A stretch of 56,120 nucleotides of DNA, counting the filler, from Bipalium vagum (taxonomy: Eukaryota), in NCBI GenBank assembly GCA_037834085.1. It is 3 parts of 3 records of this genome, joined end to end, with 100 filler letters (N's around TTAATTAATTAA, not from the genome) between each part and the next. Parts side by side here need not be neighbours in the genome. Positions count along the whole stretch, not along the records: positions 1 to 15,779 come from JBBMKC010146241.1; 2 more parts are not named here. The stretch is one strand, 5' to 3'. A program made the position numbers and the translations under genes. Below, in pieces: positions 1-11,100 of this stretch. The notes below the pieces were generated by a model, which had not been told where the DNA came from, did not search any database, and saw only the letters and a list, made by a program, of their open reading frames with translations. Each line of letters opens with the position of its first letter. The first letter of the stretch is position 1.

Positions 1-419
1 TGTATTTTATTAGATATATAAATCATTAGATAAAAAAATTAAAACAATTTTTAAAGATTTTATATTTTGAGGAAATTATTTATTATTATTATTATTATTT
101 ATTATTCCGTAAAAATAATTTTTCATCAGAATAAATTGACTTGTTATTTATATTAAGCATGGGGCACTAGAAAAGTCTGTTATGTCGGGTACTTAAGGGA
201 TATTCTGATTGAATTACGATAAATCACTTGAAATAAAAGTTATAAATAAAATATGAAGCTTTCACTGTTTTATTAGTTAAAATATATGAGAAAAATAATT
301 TTTATGAATAAAAGATGTTTCAATGCTAAATGGTATAGAACAGTTTGCTTCACACGTGTGATTTCCAAAATAAGAGAATTAATCAAAATTGACAAATTAT
401 TTTTCATCATGACAACGCT

Positions 420-551
420 AGATGATAAACCAGGTGTACTCGATTTATGCATTCTTTATTTTACATGTTGGTTCATTAAAAAATCAATTTCACAGGTACT
501 AAAAATGTAAAATAAAGAATGCATAACTCGAGTACACCTGGTTTATCATCT
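420..551. repeat. 47-bp inverted repeat (1 mismatch) with 38-nt spacer
   Basis: 420-466 agatgataaaccaggtgtactcgatttatgcattctttattttacat is the reverse complement of 505-551 except one base. Confidence 0.9.
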
Positions 552-599
552 CGTGTCTTCTTTTTGTTCCTAATCATCAAAATGAAATTCGTGTTGAAC

Positions 600-770
600 A
601 ATTTTTGTTGCCTAAAGCACCTATTGCAAAATTTTATATATTGATTTATGAAGTGTGAAAAATACTTCGAAACTTGGTTCGATCGTATTAAAGTGTGTGT
701 GAATTTTAAAGGCGATTATTTAAAAATAAATGCAAACATTTTCGGTTTGGTTTTTTTTTAACTAGATTCT
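600..770 (+). mobile_element. Mariner transposase 3'-end remnant
   Basis: YFETWFDRIKVCVNFKGDYL resembles the mariner C-terminus (R...C+...GDYFE). Confidence 0.5.
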
Positions 771-1166
771 TTCTCTGCAGCCTACAAGTATAAAATTAAT
801 AATTTCAATTCATTTACTATGAATTTAATTTTTTTATAATTAATTAAGATGTCTAATCTACATTTCAAAATTATTTATTTCACAATATTAATTTTCCTTA
901 TTAATAAGTAGTACAATGTAAATAAGAAACTTCAAGTCAACCAACATCAGAGTTGTATTATTGAGTTTGTCTAGTTTTTACAATTGTTTGTTTAAATAGT
1001 CACTTATAAATTCAGAATATTATCTGTCTATCTTTTCAAGATTTTAATTTAAAACAATTTTCGTTATTACATAATAAAATATAAAATAAAGAGTAATAAT
1101 AATATTTTAATGATCATTATTACAACAAAATTCTAATAATATATAAATAAAAATGAGCAGACTAAC

Positions 1167-1207
1167 CCTGGTCTTACTTCAATGTGTCCGTGACTGAAGT
1201 TATCCAT
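1167..1207 (-). CDS. Possible first coding exon of a gene running out of the window (MDNFSHGHIEVRPG; epoxide-hydrolase-like start)
   Basis: ATG at 1207 and GG|GTTAGT donor at 1166 (alternative GAA|GTAAGA). The peptide resembles SHGYVTVKP at the start of the soluble epoxide hydrolase domain. Only 14 residues, so weak. Confidence 0.25.
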
Positions 1208-1714
1208 GCAAATCTCATCAAATTTATTACTTTACTTTATCTTTTATATCATATTTTATAAAAAATTAAACCTTTCATCATTAATCCATCTCAAGATCGA
1301 ATCTTTTTTCTCTTAATTCTATTTTACTTACACAAATGTATAGCGCGACAAATTACCATAATAAATGACATAATAATAATATTTGCATTTTTAGATCACT
1401 CTCATTCGTCTTGCACACGAGATTAATTTATAATATATTTATAATTATTTTATTCTTAGAACTGATGTAGAACAAAATAATTATTAATCAATAAAGTTAA
1501 GAAAAATTGACTGGAAAATAAATAAAGTTTTATTTAATAAATATTTGCGTAAATAATTATATTACAAAAACAGCTAATCAAGAAACCCTCAATCTCTCGA
1601 CGATGGTCAATTTTTGACTAAAAATAACAATAAAAACAAACAGACAAAGATAATGAAGCTTTTATTTAAATACTCAAAATAGTTCTATTGAATAAAATTT
1701 TCTTTAGTCTTTCC

Positions 1715-2062
<348 letters not shown>

Positions 2063-2667
2063 TTTTTATGGTTTACAACATTTTTCGTCATTATATATAT
2101 ACAAGTTGCAAACGATGGAATAGTTTAGTAGCATAGTCACTTATTTGTTGATCTCATTTACATAATTCAGTTCTATTCTGCACAACCAATATGATCGCAG
2201 CACAATATTGACTACTCTACTAAAAATTGAGAATTCTACTGAGCATTCTTTAACTGACCTTATTGTTGACAATTAAATAAATAATCTTTTTTTTAATCAC
2301 AAAACTTGGCTGAACTTTGTTTATGGAAATTGCAAATATCAAATTCTGATATTTATGAAAATTAATAATAATAATAAAAATGAAGAAATGTCATGACGAA
2401 AGTTCCACATTTTCAATCACTTCGGATTTCATATCATACTTGGAAGAGGGACGAGTTTAAAAAATGTGAAAAATTCATTGTATAAAACTTATACTATAAG
2501 TTTTGGTATTGAACCTTTGTAAAAGTGTCCAATTAGTTGTAATCTCTTGGAGGTTCATATGTTCAGAGATAATAAAAAATATTATGATATAAAACAGAAA
2601 ATAATTCCACATGCATATAATTTATTTTTGAAAAAATGAGATGCAAATCATTTGTTATGTAGAAATA

Positions 2668-3560
2668 TTAGGGTGATTGGAAAGTCTTTAGACTAATTTA
2701 AGGCAAATCCAAAAACTTCATAAAATATTTTAAACAAAATGTTATTCTATAAATTGCTCAACAGTTTTCTGCCATATATCCGCAAGTTGATTGATTTCTC
2801 TGTTTCACTGTTTTTGAAAGCAAAAAAAATTGGGCAGGCATTTTTGACCTCGTCAACCGAAAAAATTAATCGTCCACGTAGGAGATGTACTATTGACCTA
2901 AATTGATGGTAATCAGAAGGCGCTAGGTTTGGGTGGATGATGGAGAAGGTCAAACTGCAGTACATCAATTTTAAGGCGTTTTATAAGTGTTTTGGCATTA
3001 TCATGTTGAAGAATAGCGCGTTTACGATTGAATAAGGAAAGTGGATAACGGGATCTCAAATGTTCTAAATTTGTTGAATAGAGTTAGGAATTGACGGTTT
3101 ATCAATTTTGAAGAAGCTCAAAATACACTATTCTATCGTAATTCCACTATACTTTGAGAACATTTTGACAAGGGTTCTCTTTTTGGTATTGCAAGAGATT
3201 TTTGATTCGAATCGAGTCATTGATTTTGCTTGTTTTAGTTGGTAAAATAAATTCATTTTTCGTTTGAAATGAAAATTCGTTAAAAACCATTCATTTTGAC
3301 AAATTTCGATCCTTCTTTTTAGTTGCTCATAGGTTTTTTTTTGGAGAAATTTCGCTACATTGTTTGTTAATTTTTTTCAAACTTATGTAAATGATCATGT
3401 GCTGTTAATTTGGTTAAATTCAATTCTCCTGAAAGTCTTCGCTGACTTGTAGTGAGGTTTGCTTCAACGTATGACCTTGGGATCAATCGATAACAGGCGT
3501 CCGGTACGTGGTTGGTCATCGAAATCAAATCGATCATTTATACATTTTTGTAACAGTTTT
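2668..3560 (-). mobile_element. Degenerate mariner (DD34D) element
   Basis: PNLAPSDYHQFRS (YSPDLAPSDYHLFRS motif); FDFDDQPRTGRL (HTH linker) near 3500-3530; TA-flanked TTAGGGTGATT end at 2668. Confidence 0.8.
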
Positions 3561-5383
3561 AGAGCATTAAAAAAGTTTTTTTCAACTTCATTAAGATTAT
3601 AAGAGCATACCTTCAGTGACCCCCCAAGTTAAAAATATGATGTTTTATGAGGTTTCCGCTTATAAGCTGTCTGAAATGTCTGTACAACATTTCCAAATAT
3701 TGTATCTGAAAAGTTTATTCGCTTCTCAGGAAATAATTTCAATCTTGAGAATCTACCAAATTTGGGTTATCTTAAAGTGACTGACGACGCAGACAAATAA
3801 TATACGTCTCTTCAATTATGTAAAACTCTTTCCAAGCATAACACAACTACTAAATTTCATACTATTCTGGTTCCGAAAAAACTGTCTCAACTGAATCTTT
3901 TTCAGAGAATTAATATCTTTTTTTCATTACTTGTCAGACAGAAATTGTGTTTAATTATTAGATTGTGCACAGACTGGAGATGAGAAATGAATTCTCTATG
4001 TCAATTTGTACAACAGAGGTCAAAGGAATACCGCTAATTACACTTAAATTAAGGTGACGTCAGAATAAAAAAATGTCATATATTACGATTTTTGAAATAT
4101 TTGCGAATCAGGAACACAAATATATTGCATTATTATTGACGGAAATTTTTTTTAATAAACTTTAAAATAGAACTTTCATTTTAGTTAAAATTTTTAAAGA
4201 AATTATCGAAAAAATCCTACCAATCTAAAATAAGCTGAATAAAAATTAAATATTGATTCCGAAAAATTCCAAAAAATAAGGAGATAAATATAAGGTAAAA
4301 AATTAAATGCATAAACAGGGCTAGTCAGTCTAACATATACAAACATCATCACGAATATAATAAAAGGCAATATGAACCCTCCTCAAAAATACCTTCGTCT
4401 CAACATCTGATTAGAAATCAATGAGAAATATCAAAAAGTCCAAAGAATCGTACTTAATAAAGAAAAAATTACTGGAAAATCTCCAATTTTTCTTTTATCT
4501 TTTTTATTTGATATTAAAATTTCTAATTTTAATACTTTTTATTTAATAGATGAGAACATAAAATTATTTTTTCATCATTTATGATTTCAAATAGATTAAT
4601 TTAATACGAAAAAACGAAGTCTTGAGTCTTTGGACCGTTTGAAAAATAAAAGTTAATTAAAAAATATTATTTTGAAATCTGTCAACATTTTACCTTCACA
4701 GTTTTTTGAACGAAATAAAATTCTAATTTTTCCATATATCTTTGATATCTTCAGAACACCAACAATAATTCCAAGCCTCTCACTAAATTTAATCATTTTC
4801 GATATAAATTGATTACGATATCGATTCTAAACAAGTCTCACTTAATTTATGGTAAATGGTAAGAATACTTTTGACTACAAAAACGAGCATTGTTTTTGTT
4901 CTCTGACAAGAATATCTTTGATATTCAAGTTTAAGTCTAAAACTTCTTAATCGTATCCTTGAAAAATGCAAATGTAACACCTAAAATATCAAATCCATTT
5001 CAAACAGGTACCTACCTTAACTCTAAGAAATTTCCAAGCGAGACTTTCAGATTTGGATTAACAAAAGAAATTTTATATGAATATACACACTATTTCCTAC
5101 ATAATAAGAACAATATTTTTACCAAAGTATTTTCAAGGTACCCTTCAAATTGAAATATACGCCACTTTGTAAATATCACTTTCCGTAAAAATCTGATGAA
5201 GAAAATAATCAATTAGGCCCCATATATTGTAGGAGAGCGATTTACACCGGAATTAATTAAATATGAAATTACTTTTAAGACGGTCTCAGACCACTGATCT
5301 CAACTTTGATAGCATAACTAAAAATAATAATATTCAAAATTACAATAAAATTTATTTATTTATTCAAACATCTGGTGAATTTG

Positions 5384-6358
5384 TTATCTGTATTCTGAGT
5401 GATGTGATTTATTCTTGGAGTAATTTCGGCTTCGGTCTTGACTTCTGCTTCTGCTTCTTCTTTTTTCTTTTCGATCTCTTCTTCGATAACGATCTTTCCT
5501 GTCCGATTCTCTGCGATGATATTGTTCTACACTGTTGTTACTCTTGTCTCTGTCTTCGTAAGTTTGATACTTATATTTTCTTGATCTACTGCTGCTTTCT
5601 TCTCTTCTTCGATGTCGGTTATATTCAACTTCTTGGCTACTACTGGATCTATTTCTATTTTCCTCAATCTCTGATTCTTTCAGAATCTCATCAAGTTCTT
5701 TTAGAACCTCATTGATCTTCACATAACCACTGTGAATTTTACCACTTATATGATTTTCTGTACTGTTTGGCAAATCATTCTTGTTTGTATACGCACCGCA
5801 AACATTACAGACTATGTCCTGGTTATTCGTGGATTCACTTTTCTGGCGCTCTAATTCTATCTTGTCATAATTACATTCTTTTTGCAATTCTTCTAGTCTA
5901 ATGTAAAGATATTGAGACTCTTCAATTCTACCCTCATTCCCAAGTTTTTCAATTTCTTCTACTAATTTTGTGATTTCTTTTTCTTGATTGGCAATACGAG
6001 TTTCTATGATCACTTCGATATTGGATAGAAACCCCTTTTCCAGTCTTTCTTTATTGTACTTAATTTTAGTTTCAATATCTCTCACATAACCTTGTAAAAG
6101 TCTTTGCAATTGTCTTTCATATCCCATCTTTAGATGAGACGAGCTGGATTTGTAATTAGCTAGAATGTTGTTATCATGTATTTGAGTGCATGGGCCAAGA
6201 TAGAGTCGAGTATTTACGAACAGATCGTGTGGACAGAAACCGGCTAAATATTCTTTGCAAACTAGATCATCTTTCCATGTGATTTCTCTTTTTCGGGTAC
6301 TATTCCTATCTCTACCCATGAGTTGATCAAGAAGAGCTGCTTGACTACTGGTTGCCAT
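5384..6358 (-). CDS. LUC7L3: LUC7-family U1 snRNP-associated splicing factor (LUC7L3/CROP-like), intronless, 324 aa
   Basis: N-terminal LLDQLMGRDRN; ZnF1 CKEYLAGFCPHDLFVNTRLYLGPCTQIH; coiled coil; ZnF2 CNVCGAY..H.SGKIH.GY; C-terminal R/S/E-rich tail. Confidence 0.9.
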   Translation of the reverse strand: MATSSQAALLDQLMGRDRNSTRKREITWKDDLVCKEYLAGFCPHDLFVNTRLYLGPCTQIHDNNILANYKSSSSHLKMGYERQLQRLLQGYVRDIETKIKYNKERLEKGFLSNIEVIIETRIANQEKEITKLVEEIEKLGNEGRIEESQYLYIRLEELQKECNYDKIELERQKSESTNNQDIVCNVCGAYTNKNDLPNSTENHISGKIHSGYVKINEVLKELDEILKESEIEENRNRSSSSQEVEYNRHRRREESSSRSRKYKYQTYEDRDKSNNSVEQYHRRESDRKDRYRRRDRKEKRRSRSRSQDRSRNYSKNKSHHSEYR

Positions 6359-7599
6359 TTGTCAGAAAATGATATATTTAATTTTGATTATTTAAACTTT
6401 TTAAAATAGGAATTTAAGGAATTTTTAAAGGTATGTTAACGAAATTTAAAATTGTTTAATTTTGCAATTATTTAAATAAAATTATTTTAAAATTTATTCC
6501 TTAATTTAACAATAATATTAATATATTTTAATTTTTATTATTTTAAATGGCGATTATTTTTTAAATGAGATTAATTTTAAATTTTCACTAAATTAAAAAT
6601 AACAACAAATTGAAATAATAAAACTTTTAATCTTATTAATTTTAGCTTAAAATTTTAAGACTTTTAAACACAAGACTTTAGAAATTGTTTTTGCACAAAA
6701 ATAATATTTTAATCTGTCTTATAATATATATATATTTAAAAAGGTAAATTAAGTTTTAATAATAAAAAATGTAATAAAAAACTGAAATTAAAAATAGCAA
6801 CCAATCCAAAATTTTTTTAATTGATTAACTTTGAGAAAATTAAAGTTTTTAAAAAAATATTTTCGATTTTTAATCATATTTTAATAAAATCTTAATTTAT
6901 TTCACAGGAGAATGTTTTGAAATTCCGGTAATGTTATTAAGTTAATTTAAAGATTTTAAATAAACAATCTATTTTTTAACAAATAATAATAGGACAAATA
7001 TTATGATAATATTTAACCTAAAATCAATTGGTTTAAAACTTGACTTTTGCTTATTAAAAATCTAAAATAAAATTTATTAAATGTAAATAAAAACGAAATT
7101 TTATGTTTTTTTATATAGTAATCATAATATTTAAATATCGTATTAATAATACGGACATGTTCCTTTTTGGCCTCTATTAAGTCTGAGTTCATTACATAAC
7201 TAAAACCTAAATTAAAAAAATATTTTATATAAAAAGTTCTCGAAGATTTAATTGATCTATAAAGACAGAATTATCTTTGATTAAGGTGTCAGGCTAAGAT
7301 TATAACTTCAATCAATTTTCAGTTTATAAGTTTTAAATGAGGGATATGTGAGTGCTAAATGGTTTCTCTTGGGTTTTAATATAATGTCCTTTGTTTGATG
7401 ATAATTGACTTCAAAGCACAAATAATTTTAGTCTTATAATGAATGATCGGAGAATATCGATCACAAAAAAACACAGATGGGCCGTAAGTTACTTTTATGT
7501 AATTTTTCAGAAACACCTGTCAACACAGTTTGGACGACATTCAAACCAATTTTCTTCAATTGTTATTATATTCTATTTATTAATTATTATCGAGTTTTA

Positions 7600-8470
7600 T
7601 CTTACCAGTCTGAGAGCTTTGCAAAAACCAGAGTCCGTTACCCAATATATCTGCGCCACATCCACCAACTTGGGAAAACATCGAAGCTTGGTAAATTGGT
7701 ATCTCAAGAACTCAAGGATTTTCAGAAAAATCGTTGCTATGAAATTTTTTTTGTTTTTGTTGTGTTAAAACAATGACAAATTTCTTTATAGCATAACAAC
7801 CGGCAGTGGTTATCACCTACAGACTAATAATATTTTTATCATCTTTCTCACTTTCTACAACAAAAAGTCTTCCACAGCAACAGTGCTGCTCAGCATGCCT
7901 TTGGAGAGTTTACCTATTCAGGAAGACCCGATCACTACATCATTAAAATAAACAAACTTACTTTTTGTTGGCAGAAATTTGTAGACTGTCATGTATCATA
8001 TTTTGATTAAAACACTTTCTTGTGTTCTGAGAATTTAAAAGACATTTGTGGATTAAAAAATCAATTTACTTAAAAATTTGATTTTTTAAAAAACTTAAAC
8101 TCTGGTATATTGCAGTAGAAATAGATTGAAATGTGAACAAGGTTCAATGTTGGTTCCAAAAATTTTGAAATGGGAATTTGATCTCAATGATAGTAAAACT
8201 CGCGGTGGTCATGAGATCTGGTTCTCACTTTAAAAACTGAATGAAAGAGATCCGTTTTTGATTGTTTAATGACATTGATGAAAAGTGGGTTCTATATGAC
8301 ATTAGAGAGCGTTCCTACTATTTGTTGAATAAAGATGATTCCCTTAAACAATTCTCCAAAATATCACAACCAAATCATGTTAACTGCTTGATGGAATTCC
8401 AATGGTATGATAGACTTTAACTTTCTGAAAATATGCAAAACCGTTTAGTAGTATTGCCAAAATCTTCAAA
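7600..8470 (+). mobile_element. Mariner transposase fragments (probably two decayed copies)
   Basis: LRHIHQLGKTSKLGKLVSQELKDFQKNR (WVPHEL region); WFQKF..G.FDL.D; DEKWVLYD. Confidence 0.7.
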
Positions 8471-10449
8471 ACCAGAAACAAGTCTTTATTCTGCAATTTT
8501 TTAAAAGAAAGAAAATGATTACCTCTAGAATTCTATGATCCTATTGGTTTAATCATAATCATTATCGAAAGAGTGTTAGAGGTATCGATTTCGGACAAAA
8601 ACAAACTTGTAAACATGTAATATTTCTTAAGTATGGTATTCAGTTTCCATCGTTTTGTAATAAATTAATTTAATACAAATTTTGTGTGTTTTTCTACAAA
8701 ACTAAAACTTAGAGATAATATTTGAGTGTTTCTGTTAAAGTTAGTAACGATTATTTGTTTAATTTAATTAACTTGACTCCTATTTTAGGCGGAAATGCAA
8801 GATTATATACAAACAAAAGACCACTTGTTGGAAATCAGTATTTTTGGAAATTAGCATTAGAAACTCACAGATTATCGTTACAAGTTCACGGACATGGGTT
8901 TTCCGACACTTTATTTATAAGAGAAAAAAATCTTCATTTTGATCAATCCAAAAAAAACGACATAAAATATTCCAATGCGTAATAGGATAAATATTCATTG
9001 AAATAATCATATATACTTTTTCCGACCAGCGTCCCTTTAATGGTCTGTATCTATCAGGTCATAAACATTTATGCAATGTTCATGTGAAGACTTTTAATTT
9101 CTGTTCATTTGTGAAAATGTCAGCAACATCCCGGGACCTTTTTGATTCATACTCGTAAAAGACCGGAATGATTAATATTTATTGAAAGGTCTTTTACAAG
9201 TACATAATTATTATAATACTTTTATCATACTTTTAGGTGATTTTAACGCTTACACCTTTCTAAAATGAAAATTATCTTTTCGCTAAAAGTTTTTGGAAAG
9301 GTTAAAACCGAAACATCAATAAAATGAATTAAATTTATTAAGATTGTTTATGAAGATATATGTAGAAAATTTGGAGATAAAAATTGAAGAGACGATAAAA
9401 TAAAAACGTGAAATGTAAAATCGTTCATATATGATTATACTCATATATTAAGGTTTCATATCAAGGTATCATATTAAGGTTTATAAAGAACACCTGACAC
9501 CAACCTCATTGATTCAGAAAACAAGTATTATATAATAATAAAATAATAAAATTTTTAAAAAGTCTTGAGTGATATCTACAAGGACAACAATCAATTTCTG
9601 GATACTAAAATATCACATAGTTTTTAAGAATTTCAGTTGTGGAGGTGGTAGACGACTTGTTTGAATCACACTCTTAATCTGATTGTTAAGGTTAAGCATA
9701 ATTTTCTATTTTTTTAAACAAAAAACGAAAAAAATTTGACTGGTGATGAAACTGAAAACCAATGGAATTTGGGATTACATTGTAGACATTTTATCCGAAA
9801 TTATCATTTTCAATGTTTTGTCAAGAAAAAGGTTTTAAGTTTGATTGTCAATTGTAGGCGCCTAATTTAAAATGACTAAATTTAAACAACATATACGTAT
9901 AAGAAAATGTTGGTAATGTTTATTCTTTCGATGTTTTAAAATTATTATATTTTTTTCTATAAAATATATTTAAAAAAAAACAATTCGTAATTATTATGAA
10001 ATAAAATTTGACGAAAACGGCTTCAAATGAAATAATAAATATTCAAAAGCAAAACTTTATTTATTTTTGGAAAAAGATAGATTAAGAATAATATTTTATT
10101 GTGATTTTTAATTTTGAATAATTTAGGAGAAAAAAAATATAAATAAATATTGATTTTGTGATAAATTAGGTCAGGATCATTTTATTTTTATATTATGAAA
10201 CACAATGTAAATAATGAGAAATAAAACTTTTGAAATGTAAAATAATCAAGATTTTTAATTTGATTTATTCACTTAAAATAATAGTTAAAATAGTCCTTTT
10301 AGATTCCATTAACATAAATTTTTAATAAAACTTGACTTCATATTTGGTAGAGTTTATACTGGGGTACTTTAACAATAGTTTAAAAATGCCATTCGATTAA
10401 TATTTATTTTTCTCAAAATATCAATGTAAAAATGTTTTTATTATTGATC

Positions 10450-11100
10450 TTTTATTTTTTTAACATGTGATCAAGAGTTATCAAGGATTTTTGTAAGTTC
10501 TTTTGTTCGTATATTTTTGATTATTTATTTTTTCTTTTATTGTTGGATTAAATGCTCTCAAGGATTTTTGTAAGTATTTCTTTTCATATATTTATTAATC
10601 GTTAATTATTTCTTTCAGTGTTGGAAACTATCAATATAGGAGGAATTTTATTTGGTATTATTTTACTATTATTATTTTCTTATATTTGTAGGTCAAACAC
10701 GCCGTTGGACATGCCTGGGTTTTCCGGATATACCTCCTTTTTCCAATCACTTACACATGCCTCATTATTTTGTATGTGTTCAGTAAGCCAAGGGCACATC
10801 TCTTGATGCTTTAAATTATTCTTTGAAGTATAAACCGCTTGGGTCTAGAATAATATAATAATAAATTAATTATAAAGACCACAAAAGTGTCAGAATTAGA
10901 ATAATAGTACCAAAAATAATAATTAAATAATAATAATATAATTATAATTAAAAAGTAAAAAAGTTAATAATAATAATAATAATAAATGATCTAATCTTGA
11001 CAATGGCGAATGTTGAATTTCTTATGTTAGATCAGGATCCGCAATTAGGGACAGATTTGGTATTAAGTGCTTAAAATCGGAATTGACATTATCAATTAAT
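10450..11100 (+). mobile_element. Repeat-family copy, probably LTR 3' end / primer site / leader / gag start; related copy inverted at ~39850-40400
   Basis: Shares agccaag(g/a)gcaca, taaattaattat.aagac and gatctaatcttgacaATGGC with the minus strand of 39850-40400. The ORF starts MANVEFLMLDQDPQLGTDL and MAKLQRLNQDSKRGTDL are similar. Confidence 0.45.

Noticed and set aside
3560-5260. Coding-like decayed sequence (possible CACTA or LINE remnant)
   Set aside because: No motif strong enough to assign a family.
5263-5715. 150-aa Cys/Phe-rich ORF on +
   Set aside because: Antisense shadow of the R/S/E-rich tail of the LUC7 gene.
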